Position numbers and translations under genes: made by a program. Below the pieces are notes generated by a model. That model did no database searches, was not told where the DNA came from, and saw only the letters and a list, made by a program, of their open reading frames with translations. DNA of 64,000 nucleotides from Antedon mediterranea. Lineage: Eukaryota; Animalia; Echinodermata. Shown piece by piece: positions 40,101-54,171 of this stretch. The stretch spans positions 62,001 through 126,000 of the forward strand of contig NW_027306096.1 in NCBI RefSeq assembly GCF_964355755.1. Direction: 5' to 3'. The first letter of the stretch is position 1. Each line of letters starts with the position of its first letter.

Positions 40101-43100
40101 CATCGAAATGCACAAAATGGTCTAAAACGTCTCTAAATGCGATTTGAAGCTATTTTGTGCACTTTGATGTTTTTGTGTGAAAAGTTTCATCGAAATGCAC
40201 AAAATGGTCTAAAACGTCTCTAAATGCGATTTGAAGCTATTTTGTGCACTTTGTCGTTTTTGTGTGAAAAGTTTCATCGAAATGCTCAAAATGGTCTAAA
40301 ACGTCTCCAAATGCTATTTGAAGCTATTTTGTGCACTTTGATGTTTTTGTGTGAAAAGTTTCATCGAAATGCACAAAATGGTCTAAAACGGTTTCAAATG
40401 TGATTTTAAGCACTTTGATATTTTTGTGTAATCAAGTTTCATCGAAATGCACAAAATGGTCTAAAACGTCTGCAAATGCGATTTGAAGCTATTTTGTGCA
40501 CTTTGATGGTTTGTGTGAAAAGTTTCATCGAAATGCACAAAATGGTCAAAAATGTCTCCAAATGCGATTTGAAGCTATTTTGTGGACTTTGTGGTTTTGT
40601 GTGAAAAGTTTTATCGAAATGCACAAAATAGTCTAAAACGGTTTCAAATGTGATTTTAAGCACTTTGATATTTTTGTTTAACCAAGTTTCATCGAAATGC
40701 ACAAAATGGTCTAAAACGTCTCCAAATGCGATTTGAAGTTATTTTGTGCACTTTGATGTTTTGTGTGAAAAGTTTTATCGAAATGCTCAAAATGGTCTAA
40801 AACGGTTTCAAATGTGATTTTAAGCGCTTTGATATTTTTGTGTAATCAAGTTTTTTCGAAATGCACAACATGGTCTAAAACGTCTCCAAATGCGATTTGA
40901 AGCTATATTGTGCACTTTGATGTTTTGTGTAATGAAACGCACAAAATGGTCTAAAACGCCTGTTTTCTGTGAAAATTTTCATCGAAATGCAAAAAATTGT
41001 CTAAAACGTCTCCAAATGCGATTTGAAGCTATTTTGTGCACTTTGTTGTTTTGTGTGAAAAGTTTCATCGAAATGCACAAATTGGTCTAAAACCTCTCCA
41101 AATACGATATTAAGCTATTTTGTGCACATTGATGTTTTTGTGTGAAAAGTTTCACCAAAATGCACAAAATGGTCTAAAACGTCTCCAAATCCGTTTTGAA
41201 GCTAATCTAAGCACTTTGATGTTTTTATGTTAAAAAGTTTTTTCGAAATGCACAAAATGGTCTAAAACGTTTCCAAATACGATTTGAAGCTCTTTTGTGC
41301 ACTTTGATATTTTGTGTAATAAGTTTTATAGAAACGCACAAAATGGTCTAAAACGGTTTCAAATGTGATTTTAAGCACTTATATATTTTTGTTTAACCAA
41401 GTTTCATCGAAATGCACAAAATGGTCTAAAACGTCTCCAAATGCGATTTGAAGCTGTTTTTGTGTGAAAAGTTTTTTCGAAATACACAAAATGGTCTAAA
41501 ACGTGCACTTTTGTGCACTTTGATGTTTTGTGTCAAAAGTTTTATAGAAATGCTCGAAATGGTCTAAAACGGTTTCAAATGTGATTTTAAGCACTTTGAT
41601 GTTTTTGTGTAATCAAGTTTATAGAAATGCTCGAAATGGTCTAAAACATCTTCAAATGTGATTTTAAGCACTTTAATGTTTTGTGTGAAAAGTTTTATCG
41701 AAATGCTCAAAATGGTTTAAAACGGTTTCAAATGTGATTTTAAGCACTTTGATATTTTTGTGTAATCAAGTTTTTTCGAAATGCACAACATGGTCTAAAA
41801 CGTCTCAAAATACGATATTAAGCTATTGTATGCACTTTGATGTTTTTCTGTGAAAAGTTTTTTCGAAATGCACAAAATGGTCTAAAACGTCTCAAAAAGC
41901 GATTTGGAGCTCTTTTGTGCACTTTGATGTTTTGTGTAAAAAGTTTTATAGAAATGCTCGAAATGTTCTACAACGGTTTCAAATGTGATTTTAAGCACTT
42001 TGATATTTTTGTTTAACCAAGGTTCATCGAAATGCACAAAATGGTCTAAAACGTCTGCAAATGCGATTTGAAGCTATTTTGTGCACTTTGATGTTTTGTG
42101 TAATCCAGTTTCATCGAAATGAACAAAATTGTCTAAAACCTCAAAAATGCGATTTCAAGCTATTTTGTGCACTTTGATGATTTTGTGTGAAAAGTTTTTT
42201 CGAAATGCACAAAATGGTCTAAAACGTCTCCAAATGCGATTTGGAGCTCTTTTGTGCACTTTGATGTTTTGTGTAAAAAGTTTTATAGAAATGCTCGAAA
42301 TGGTCTAAAACGTTTTCAAATGTGATTTTAAGCACTTTAATGTTTTGTGTGAAAAGTTTTATCGAAATGCTCAAAATGGTCTAAAACGGTTTCAAATGTG
42401 ATTTTAAGCATTTTGATATTTTTGTGTAATCAAGTTTTTTTCGAAATGCACAACATGGTCTAAAACGTCTCCAAATGCGATTTGAAGCTATTTTGTGCAC
42501 TTTGATGTTTTGTGTAATGAAACGCACAAAATGGTCTAAAACGTCTCCAAATGCGATTTGAAGTTATTTTGTGCACTTTGATGTTTTGTGTGAAAAGTTT
42601 TATCGAAATGCTCAAAATGGTCTAAAACGGTTTCAAATGTGATTTTAAGCACTTTGATATTTTTGTGTAATCAAGTTTTTTCGAAATGCACAACATGGTC
42701 TAAAACGTCTCCAAATGCGATTTGAAGCTATTTTGTGCACTTTGATGGTTTTGTGTAAAAAGTTTCATCGAAATGCACAAAATGGTCAAAAACGTCCCCA
42801 AATGCGATTTGAAGCTATTTTGTGCACTTTGTTGTTTTGTGTGAAAAGTTTCATCGAAACGCACAAAATGGTCTAAAACAGTTTCAAATGTGATTTTAAG
42901 CACTTTGATATTTTTGTGTAATCAAGTTTTTTCGGAATCCACAAAATGGTCTAAAACGTCTCCAAATGCGATTTGAAGTTATTTTGTGCACTTTGAAGTT
43001 TTGTGTAATGAAACGCACAAAATGGTCTAAAACGTCTCCAAATGCGATTTGAAGCTATTTGTGCACTTTGTTGTTTTGTGTGAAAAGTTTCATCGAAATG

Positions 43101-46100
43101 CACAAATTGGTCTAAAACGTCTCCAAATACGATATTAAGCTATTGTATGCACTTTGTTGTTTTTGTGTGAAAAGTTTTTTCGAATTACACAAAATTGTCT
43201 AAAACGGCTCCAAATGCGATTTGGAGCTCTTTTGTGCACTTTGATGTTTTGTGTCAAAAGTTTTATAGAAATGCTCGAAATGGTCTAAAACGGTTTCAAA
43301 TGTGATTTTAAGCACTTTCATGTTTTTGTGTAGCCAAGTTTCATCGAAATGCACAAAAAAATCTAAAACGTCTCCAAATGCGATTTAAAGCTATTTTGTG
43401 CACTTTAATGTTTTGTGTGAAAAGTTTTATCGAAATTCTCAAAATGGTCTAAAACGGTTTCAAATGTGATTTTAAGTACTTTGATGTTTTTGTGTAATCA
43501 AGTTTCATCGAAATGCACAAAATGGTTTAAAACGTCTGCAAATGCGATTTGAAGCTATTTTGTGCACTTTGATGTTTTGTGTAATCCAGTTTCATCGAAA
43601 TGTACAAAATTGTCTAAAACCTCTAAAAATGCGATTTGAAGCTATTTTGTGCACTTTGATGTTTTTGTGTGAAAAGTTTCATCGAAATGCACAAAATTGT
43701 CTAAAACGTCTCCAAATACGATATTAAGCTATTGTATGCACTTTGATGTTTTTGAGTGAAAAGTTTTTTCGAAATGCACAAAATGGTCTAAAACGTCTCC
43801 AAATGCGATTTGGAGCTCTTTTGTGCACTTTGATGTTTTGTGTAAAAAGTTTGCTATTTTGTGCACTTTAATGTTTTGTGTGAAAAGTTTTATCGAAATG
43901 CTCAAAATTGTCTAAAACGGTTTCAAATGTGATTTTAAGCACTTTGATATTTTTGTGTAATCAAGTTTTTTCGAAATGCACAACATGATCTAAAACGTCT
44001 CCAAATGCGATTTGAAGCTATTTTGTGCACTTTGATGTTTTTGTGTGAAAAGTTTCATCGAAATGCACAAAATGGTCTAAAACGTCTCTAAATGCGATTT
44101 GAAGCTATTTTGTGCACTTTGTCGTTTTTGTGTGAAAAGTTTCATCGAAATGCTCAAAATGGTCTAAAACGTCTCCAAATGCGATTTGAAGCTATTTTGT
44201 GCACTTTGATGTTTTTTTGTCAAAAGTTTCATCGAAATGCACAAAATGGTCTAAAACGTCTCTAAATGCGATTTGAAGCTATTTTGTGCACTTTGATGTT
44301 TTTGTGTGAAAAGTTTCATCGAAATGCACAAAATGGTCTAAAACGTCTCTAAATGCGATTTGAAGCTATTTTGTGCACTTTGATGTTTTTTTGTGAAAAG
44401 TTTCATCGAAATGCACAAAATGGTCTAAAACGTCTCTAAATGCGATTTGAAGCTATTTTGTGCACTTTGTCGTTTTTGTGTGAAATGTTTCATCGAAATG
44501 CTCAAAATGGTCTAAAACGTCTCCAAATGCGATTTGAAGCTATTTTGTGCACTTTGATGTTTTTGTGTGAAAAGTTTCATCGAAATGCACAAAATGGTCT
44601 AAAACGGTTTCAAATGTGATTTTAAGCACTTTGATATTTTTGTGTAATCAAGTTTTTTCGAAATGCACAAAATGGTCTAAAACGTCTCCAAATGCGATTT
44701 AAAGCTATTTTGTGCACTTTAATGTTTTGTGTGAAAAGTTTTATCGAAATTCTCAAAATGGTCTAAAACGGTTTCAAATGTGATTTTAAGCACTTTGATG
44801 TTTTTGTGTAATCAAGTTTCATCGAATTCATCAAATTCGATTTGAAGCTATTTTGTGCACTTTGATGTTTTGTGTAATCCAGTTTCATCGAAATGTAAAA
44901 AATTGTCTATAACGTCTCTAAATGCGATTTGAAACTATTTTGTGGACTTTGTCGTTTTTGTGTGAAAAGTTTCATCGAAATGCTCAAAATGATCTAAAAC
45001 GTCTCCAAATGCGATTTGAAGCTATTTTGTGCACTTTGATGTTTTTGTGTGAAAAGTTTCATCGAAATGCACAAAATGGTCTAAAACGGTTTCAAATGTG
45101 ATTTTAAGCACTTTGATATTTTTGTGTAATCAAGTTTTTTCGAAATGCACAAAATGGTCTAAAACGTCTCCAAATGCGATTTGAAGTTATTTTGTGCACT
45201 TTGATGTTTTGTGTGAAAAGTTTCATCGAAATGCTCAAAATGGTCTAAAACGGTTTCAAATGTGATTTTAAGCACTTTGATATTTTTGTGTAATCAAGTT
45301 TCATCGAAATGCACAAAATGGTCTAAAACGTCTGCAAATGCGATTTGAAGCTATTTTGTGCACTTTGATGGTTTGTGTGAAAAGTTTCATCGAAATGCAC
45401 AAAATGGTCAAAAATGTCTCCAAATGCGATTTGAAGCTATTTTGTGGACTTTGTGGTTTTGTGTGAAAAGTTTTATCGAAATGCACAAAATAGTCTAAAA
45501 CGGTTTCAAATGTGATTTTAAGCACTTTGATATTTTTGTTTAACCAAGTTTCATCGAAATGCACAAAATGGTCTAAAACGTCTCCAAATGCGATTTGAAG
45601 TTATTTTGTGCACTTTGATGTTTTGTGTGAAAAGTTTTATCGAAATGCTCAAAATGGTCTAAAACGGTTTCAAATGTGATTTTAAGCGCTTTGATATTTT
45701 TGTGTAATCAAGTTTTTTCGAAATGCACAACATGGTCTAAAACGTCTCCAAATGCGATTTGAAGCTATATTGTGCACTTTGATGTTTTGTGTAATGAAAC
45801 GCACAAAATGGTCTAAAACGCCTGTTTTCTGTGAAAATTTTCATCGAAATGCAAAAAATTGTCTAAAACGTCTCCAAATGCGATTTGAAGCTATTTTGTG
45901 CACTTTGTTGTTTTGTGTGAAAAGTTTCATCGAAATGCACAAAATTGTCTAAAACGTCTCCAAATACGATTTGAAGCTATTTTGTGCACTTTGATGTTTT
46001 TGTGTGAAAAGTTTTTTCGAAATACACAAAATGGTCTAAAACGTCTCCAAATGCGATTTGAAGCTATTGTGGGCACTTTGATGTTTTTTTCTGAAAAGTT

Positions 46101-49100
46101 TCATCGAAATGCACAAAATGGTCTAAAACGTCTCCAAATGCGATTTAAAGCTATTTTGTGCACTTTAATGTTTTGTGTGAAAAGTTTTATCGAAATTCTC
46201 AAAATGGTCTAAAACGGTTTCAAATGTGATTTTAAGCACTTTGATGTTTTTGTGTAATCAAGTTTCATCAAAATGCACAAAATGGTTTAAAACGTCTGCA
46301 AATGCGATTTGAACCTATTTTGTGCACTTTGATGTTTTGTGTAATCCAGTTTCATCGAAATGTACAAAATTGTCTAAAACCTCTCAAAATGCGATTTGAA
46401 GCTATTTTGTGCACTTTGATGTTTTTGTGTGAAAAGTTTCATCGAAATTCACAAAATTGTCTAAAACGTCTCCAAATACGATATTAAGCTATTGTATGCA
46501 CTTTGATGTTTTTGAGTGAAAAGTTTTTTCGAAATGCACAAAATGGTCTAAAACGTCACCAAATGCGATTTGGAGCTCTTTTGTGCACTTTGATGTTTTG
46601 TGTAAAAAGTTTGCTATTTTGTGCACTTTAATGTTTTGTGTAAAAAGTTTTATCGAAATGCTCAAAATTGTCTAAAACGGTTTCAAATGTGATTTTAAGC
46701 ACTTTGATATTTTTGTGTAATCAAGTTTTTTCGAAATGCACAACATGGTCTAAAACGTCTCCAAATGCGATTTGAAGCTATTTTGTGCACTTTGATGGTT
46801 TTGTGTAAAAAGTTTCATCGAAATTCACAAAATGGTCAAAAACGTCTCCAAATGCGATTTGAAACTATTTTGTGCACTTTGTTGTTTTGTGTGAAAAGTT
46901 TCATCGAAATGCACAAAATGGTCTAAAACGGTTTCAAATGTGATTTTAAGCACTTTGATATTTTTGTGTAATCAAGTTTTTTTCGGAATCCACAAAATGG
47001 TCTAAAACGTCTCCAAATGCGATTTGAAGTTATTTTGTGCACTTTGAAGTTTTGTGTAATGAAACGCACAAAATGGTCTAAAACGTCTCCAAATGCGATT
47101 TGAAGCTATTTTGTGCACTTTGTTGTTTTGTGTGAAAAGTTTCATCGAAATGCACAAATTGGTCTAAAACGTCTCCAAATACGATATTAAGCTATTGTAT
47201 GCACTTTGTTGTTTTTGTGTGAAAAGTTTTTTCGAATTACACAAAATGGTCTAAAACGTCTCCAAATGCGATTTGGAGCTCTTTTGTGCACTTTGATGTT
47301 TTGTGTCAAAAGTTTTATAGAAATGCTCGAAATGGTCTAAAACGGTTTCAAATGTGATTTTAAGCACTTTGATGTTTTTGTGTAACCAAGTTTCATCGAA
47401 ATGCACAAAAAAATCTAAAACGTCTCCAAATGCGATTTAGAGCTATTTTGTGCACTTTAATGTTTTGTGTGAAAAGTGTTATCGAAATGCACAAAATGGT
47501 CTAAAACGGTTTCAAATGTGATTTGAAGCTATTTTGTGCACTTTGTGGTTTTGTGTGAAAGTTTTATCGAAATGCACAAAATAGTCTAAAACGGCTTCAA
47601 ATGTGATTTTAAGCACATTGATATTTTTGTGTAATCAAGTTTCATCGAAATGCACAAAATGGTCTAAAACGTCTGCAAATGCGATTTGAAGCTATTTTGT
47701 GATTTTAAGAACTTTGATATTTTTGTGTAATCAAGTTTCATCGAAATGCACAAAATTGTCTAAAACGTCTGCAAATGCGATTTGAAGCTATTTGTGCACT
47801 TTGATGGTTTTGTGTAAAAAGTTTCATCGAAATGCACAAAATGGTCAAAAACGTCTCCAAATGCGATTTGAAGCTATTCTGTGCACTTTGTTGTTTTGTG
47901 GGAAAAGTTTCATCGAAATGCACAAAATGGTCTAAAACGGTTTCAAATGTGATTTTAAGCACTTTGATATTTTTGTGTAATCAAGTTTTTTCAAAATGCA
48001 CAACATGGTCTAAAACGTCTCCAAATGCGATTTGAAGCTATTTTGTGCACTTTGTAGTTTTTTGTGAAAAGTTTCATCGAAACGCACAAAATTGTCTAAA
48101 ACGTCTCCAAATACGATATTAAGCTATTGTATGCACTTTGTTGTTTTTGTGTGAAAAGTTTCATCGAAATGCTCAAAATGGTCTAAAACGTCTCCAAGTG
48201 CGATTTGAAGCTATTTTGTGCACTTTGATGTTTTTTTTGTGAAAAGTTTAATCGAAATGCACAAAATGGTCTAAAACGTCTCTAAATGCGATTTGAAGCT
48301 ATTTTGTGCACATTGATGTTTTTGTGTGAAAAGTTTGATCGAAATGCACTATTTTGTGCACATTGATGTTTTTGTGTGAAAAGTTTGATCGAAATGCACA
48401 AAATGGTCTAAAACGTCTCCAAATGCGATTTGAAGCTATTTTGTGCACTTTGATGTTTTGTGTGAAAAGTTTCACCAAAATGCACAAAATGGTCTAAAAC
48501 GTTTCCAAATGCGATTTGGAGCTCTTTTGTGCACTTTGATGTTTTGTGTAAAAAGTTTGCTATTTTGTGCACTTTAATGTTTTGTGTGAAAAGTTTTATC
48601 GAAATGCTCAAAATTGTCTAAAACGGTTTCAAATGTGATTTTAAGCACTTTGATATTTTTGTGTAAAAAAGTTTCATCGAAATGCACAAAATGGTCTAAA
48701 ACGTATCTAAATGCGATTTGAAGCTATTTTGTGCACTTTGTCGTTTTTGTGTGAAAAGTTTCATCGAAATGCTCAAAATGGTCTAAAACGTCTCCAAATG
48801 CGATTTGAAGCTATTTTGTGCACTTTGATGTTTTTTTGTGGAAAGTTTCATCGAAATGCACAAAATGGTCTAAAACGTCTCTAAATGCGATTTGAAGCTA
48901 TTTTGTGCACTTTGATGTTTTTGTGTGAAAAGTTTCATCGAAATGCACAAAATGGTCTAAAACGTCTCTAAATGCGATTTGAAGCTATTTTGTGCACTTT
49001 GTCGTTTTTGTGTGAAAAGTTTCATCGAAATGCTCAAAATGGTCTAAAACGTCTCCAAATGCTATTTGAAGCTATTTTGTGCACTTTGATGTTTTTGTGT

Positions 49101-49150
49101 GAAAAGTTTCATCGAAATGCACAAAATGGTCTAAAACGGTTTCAAATGTG
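28150..49150 (+). repeat. Nested kb-scale macro-repeats (offsets 4121, 4862, 3886 and 8747/8748 bp)
   Basis: Rare markers recur: GAATTCATCAAATTCG at 31955, 36076, 44824; AAACGTGCACTTTTGTGCAC near 28630, 33492, 41499; AAACGCCTGTTTTCTG near 32947, 37068, 40954, 45816. Identical ORF-track peptides occur at the same offsets. Confidence 0.92.
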
Positions 49151-52100
49151 ATTTTAAGCACTTTGATGTTTTTGTGTAATCAAGTTTTTTCGAAATGCAC
49201 AAAATGGTCTAAAACGTCTCCAAATGCGATTTGAAGTTATTTTGTGCACTTTGATGTTTTGTGTGAAAAGTTTTATCGAAATGCTCAAAATGGTCTAAAA
49301 CGGTTTCAAATGTGATTTTAAGCACTTTGATATTTTTGTGTAATCAAGTTTCATCGAAATGCACAAAATGGTCTAAAACGTCTGCAAATGCGATTTGAAG
49401 CTATTGTGTGATTTTAAGAACTTTGATATTTTTGTGTAATCAAGTTTCATCGAAATGCACAAAATGGTCTAAAACGTCTCCAAATGCGATTTGAAGCTAT
49501 TTTGTGCACTTTGATGGTTTTGTGTGAAAAGTTTCATCGAAATGCACAAAATGGTCAAAAACGTCTCCAAATACGATAATAAGCTTTTGTATGCACATTG
49601 ATGTTTTTGTGTGAAAAGTCTCATCGAAATGCACAAAATGGTCTAAAACGTCTCCAAATGCGATTTGAAGCTATTTTGTGCACTTTGATGTTTTGTGTAA
49701 TGAAACGCACAAAATGGTCTAAAACGTCTCCGAATACGATATTAAGCTATTTTATGCACTTTGATGTTTTTGTGTGAAAAGTTTTTTCGAAATGCACAAA
49801 ATGGTCTAAAACGTCTCCAAATGCGATTTGGAGCTCTTTTGTGCACTTTGATGTTTTGTGTCAAAAGTTTTATAGAAATGCTCGAAATGTTCTAAAACGG
49901 TTTCAAATGTGATTTTAAGCACTTTCATGTTTTTGTGTAACCAAGTTTCATCGAAATGCACAAAATGGTTTAAAACGTCTGCAAATGCGATTTGAAGCTA
50001 TTTTGTGCACTTTGATGTTTTGTGTAATCCAGTTTCATCGAAATGTACAAAATTGTCTAAAACCTCTCAAAATGCGATTTGAAGCTATTTAGTGCACTTT
50101 GATTTTTTTGTGTGAAAAGTTTCATCGAAATGCACAAAATTGTCTAAAACGTCTCCAAATGCGATTTGGAGCTCTTTTGTGCACTTTGATGTTTTGTGTA
50201 AAAAGTTTTATCGAAATTCTCAAAATGGTCTAAAACGGTTTCAAATGTGATTTTAAGCACTTTGATGTTTTTGTGTAATCAAGTTTCATCGAAATGAACA
50301 AAATGGTTTAAAACGTCTGCAAATGCGATTTGAACATATTTTGTGCACTTTGATGTTTTGTGTAATCCAGTTTCATCGAAATGTACAAAATTGTCTAAAG
50401 CTTCTCAAAATGCGATTTGAAGCTATTTTGTGCACTTTGATGTTTTTGTGTGAAAAGTTTCATCGAAATTCTCAAAATTGTCTAAAACGTCTCCAAATAC
50501 GATATTAAGCTATTGTATCCACTTTGATGTTTTTGAGTGAAAAGTTTTTTCGAAATGCACAAAATGGTCTAAAACATCTCCAAATGCGATTTGGAGCTCT
50601 TTTGTGCACTTTGATGTTTTGTGTAAAAAGTTTGCTATTTTGTGCACTTTAATGTTTTGAGTGAAAAGTTTTATCGAAATGCTCAAAATTGTCTAAAACG
50701 GTTTCAAATGTGATTTTAAGCACTTTGATATTTTTGTGTAATCAAGTTTTTTCGAAATGCACAACATGGTCTAAAACGTCTCCAAATGCGATTTGAAGCT
50801 ATTTTGTGCACTTTGATGTTTTGTGTAATGAAACGCACAAAATGGTCTAAAACGTCTCCGAATACGATATTAAGCTATTTTATGCACTTTGATGTTTTTG
50901 TGTGAAAAGTTTTTTCGAAATGCACAAAATGGTCTAAAACGTCTCCAAATGCGATTTGGAGCTCTTTTGTGCACTTTGATGTTTTGTGTAAAAAGTTTTA
51001 TAGAAATGCTCGAAATGGTCTAAAACGTCTACAAATGTGATTTTAAGCACTTTAATGTTTTGTGTGAAAAGTTTTATCGAAATGCTCAAAATGGTCTAAA
51101 ACGGTTTCAAATGTGATTTTAAGCACTTTGATGTTTTTGTGTAATCAAGTTTCATCGAAATGCACAAAATGGTTTAAAACGTCTGCAAATGCGATTTGAT
51201 GCTATTTTGTGCACTTTGATGTTTTGTGTAATCCAGTTTCATCGAAATGTACAAAATTGTCTAAAACCTCTCAAAATGTGATTTGAAGCTATTTTGTGCA
51301 CTTTAATATTTTGTGTGAAAAGTTTTATCGAAATGCTCAAAATGGTCTAAAACGGTTTCAAATGTGATTTTAAGCACTTTGATATTTTTGTGTAATCAAG
51401 TTTCATCGAAATGCACAAAATGGTTTAAAACGTCTGCAAATGCGATTTGATGCTATTTTGTGCACTTTGATGTTTTGTGTAATCCAGTTTCATCGAAATG
51501 TACAAAATTGTCTAAAACCTCTCAAAATGCGATTTGAAGCTATTTTGTGCACTTTGATTTTTTTGTGTGAAAAGTTTCATCGAAATGCACAAAATTGTCT
51601 AAAACGTCTCCAAATGCGATTTGGAGCTCTTTTGTGCACTTTGATGTTTTGTGTAAAAAGTTTTATAGAAATGCTCGAAATGGTCTAAAACGTCTTCAAA
51701 TGTGATTTTAAGCACTTTAATGTTTTGTGTGAAAAATTTTATCGAAATACTCAAAATGGTCTAAAACGGTTTCAAATGTGATTTTAAGCACTTTGATGTT
51801 TTTGTGTAATCAAGTTTCATCGAAATGCACAAAATGGTTTAAAACGTCTGCAAATGCGATTTGATGCTATTTTGTGCACTTTGATGTTTTGTGTAATCCA
51901 GTTTCATCGAAATGTACAAAATTGTCTAAAACCTCTCAAAATGCGATTTGAAGCTATTTTGTGCACTTTGATTTTTTTGTGTGAAAAGTTTCATCGAAAT
52001 GCACAAAATTGTCTAAAACGTCTCCAAATGCGATTTGGAGCTCTTTTGTGCACTTTGATGTTTTGTGTAAAAAGTTTTATAGAAATGCTCGAAATGGTCT

Positions 52101-53709
52101 AAAACGTCTTCAAATGTGATTTGAAGCTATTTTGTGCACTTTGTTGTTTTTTGTGAAAAGTTTCATCGAAACGCACAAAATTGTCTAAAACGTCTCCAAA
52201 TACGATATTAAGCTATTGTATGCACTTTGTTGTTTTTGTGTGAAAAGTTGCATCGAAATGCTCAAAATGGTCTAAAACGTCTCCAAGTGCGATTTGAAGC
52301 TATTTTGTGCACTTTGATGTTTTTTTGTGAAAAGTTTAATCGAAATGCACAAAATGGTCTAAAACGTCTCCAAATGCGATTTGAAGCTATTTTGTGCACT
52401 TTGATGTTTTGTGTGAAAAGTTTCACCAAAATGCACAAAATGGTCTAAAACGTCTCCAAATCCGCTTTGAAGCTAATCTAAGCACTTTGATGTTTTTATG
52501 TTTCAAGTTTTTTCGAAATTCACAAAATTGTCTAAAACGTCTCCAAATCCGTTTTGAAGCTAATCTAAGCACTTTGATGTTTTTATGTTAACAAGTTTTT
52601 TCGAAATTCACAAAATTGTCTAAAACGTCTCAAAATACGATTTGAAGCTCTTTTGTGCACTTTGATGTTTTGTGTAATAAGTTTTATAGAAACGCCTAAA
52701 ATGGTCTAAAACGGTTTCAAATGTGATTTTAAGCACTTTGATATTTTTGTTTAATTAAGTTTCATCGAAATGCACAAAATGGTCTAAAACGTCTCCAAAT
52801 GCGATTTGAAGCTGTTTTTGTGTGAAAAGTTTTTTCGAATTACACAAAATGGTCTAAAACGTCTCCAAATGCGATTTGGAAATCTTTTGTGCACTTTGAT
52901 GTTTTGTGTCAAAAGTTTTATAGAAATGCTCGAAATGGTCTCAAACGGTTTCAAATGTGATTTTAAGCACTTTCATGTTTTTGTGTAACCAAGTTTCATC
53001 GAAATGCACAAAAAAATCTAAAACGTCTCCAAATCCGTTTTGAAGCTAATCTAAGCACTTTGATGTTTTTATGTTAACAAGTTTTTTCGAAATTCACAAA
53101 ATTGTCTAAAACGTCTCCAAATACGATTTGAAGCTCTTTTGTGCACTTTGATGTTTTGTGTAATAAGTTTTATAGAAACGCACAAAATGGTCTAAAACGG
53201 TTTCAAATGTGATTTTAAGCACTTTGATATTTTTGTTTAACCAAGTTTCATCGAAATGCACAAAATGGTCTAAAACGTCTCCAAATGCGATTTGAAGCTG
53301 TTTTTGTGTGAAAAGTTTTTTCGAAATACACAAAATTTTAAGCACTTTGATGTTTTTGTGTAATCAAGTTTCATCGAAATGTACAAAATTGTCTAAAACC
53401 TCTCAAAATGCGATTTGAAGCTATTTTGTGCACTTTGATGTTTTTGTGTGAAAAGTTTCATCGAAATTCACAAAATTGTCTAAAACGTCTCCAAATACGA
53501 TATTAAGCTATTGTATGCACTTTGATGTTTTGGAGTGAAACGTTTTTTCGAAATGCACAAAATGGTCTAAAACGTCTCCAAATGCAATTTGGAGCTCTTT
53601 TGTGCACTTTGATGTTTTGTGTAAAAAGTTTGCTATTTTGTGCACTTTAATGTTTTGTGTGAAAAGTTTTATCGAAATGCTCAAAATTGTCTAAAACGGT
53701 TTCAAATGT

Positions 53710-54171
53710 TTCATTACTACTCAACTTATCAGATGTTATCTTAAATAGTGTTGTCATTTTTGTAATCAATATTATCGGTATCGATATAAATCTTCAACCA
53801 TCTTTAATATTTATTACCAAAATTGTTAGGCATATAGGGCTACGTGTTCCGTTTTTCTGAATCGGAATTAATTTTAAGTGTACAATAATATTGTTATACG
53901 TCAGTATAAACTGTACTTATACTCGACGCAAAGTATTCAAGTTCCATATTAGACTGTTGCTCAATTAGTTTGCTTTTACTCACGGTAGATAAATTAATTT
54001 CCTTTACCTATTAACAATTTGTTGGCACCGGTGTAGAGGAGGTTGTAAAATGACATTCGCGCGCTGTTTGATCGTAGGCCTATAACGGTCAATCTTCGAG
54101 TTTCCAATAACAACCCCGCCTTCTAATTTAAATGTTAAAACGTTTTGTCCCACGCTTGAGTAGGCTCGGCT
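53710..54171. other. Non-satellite AT-rich spacer of unknown origin
   Basis: The satellite stops abruptly after GGTTTCAAATGT (53709). No recognisable coding or RNA motif follows. Confidence 0.7.

Larger units (their letters stand above)
2936..53709 (+). repeat. 87-bp satellite DNA array, ~50.8 kb, roughly 600 monomers of several subtypes
   Basis: Consensus TGCGATTTGAAGCTATTTTGTGCACTTTGATGTTTTTGTGTGAAAAGTTTCATCGAAATGCACAAAATGGTCTAAAACGTCTCCAAA (87 bp). Variants: 78-bp TGTGATTTTAAGCACTTTG type, 76-bp GTGTAATGAAACGCAC type, TACGATATTAAGCTATTGTATGC type, TCCGTTTTGAAGCTAATCTAAGC type. No non-satellite interruption seen. Confidence 0.98.

Noticed and set aside
2936-53709. CRISPR-like array (palindromic repeat at a regular period)
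   Set aside because: No unique spacers, the whole unit repeats, no cas genes, and the context is eukaryotic retroelements.
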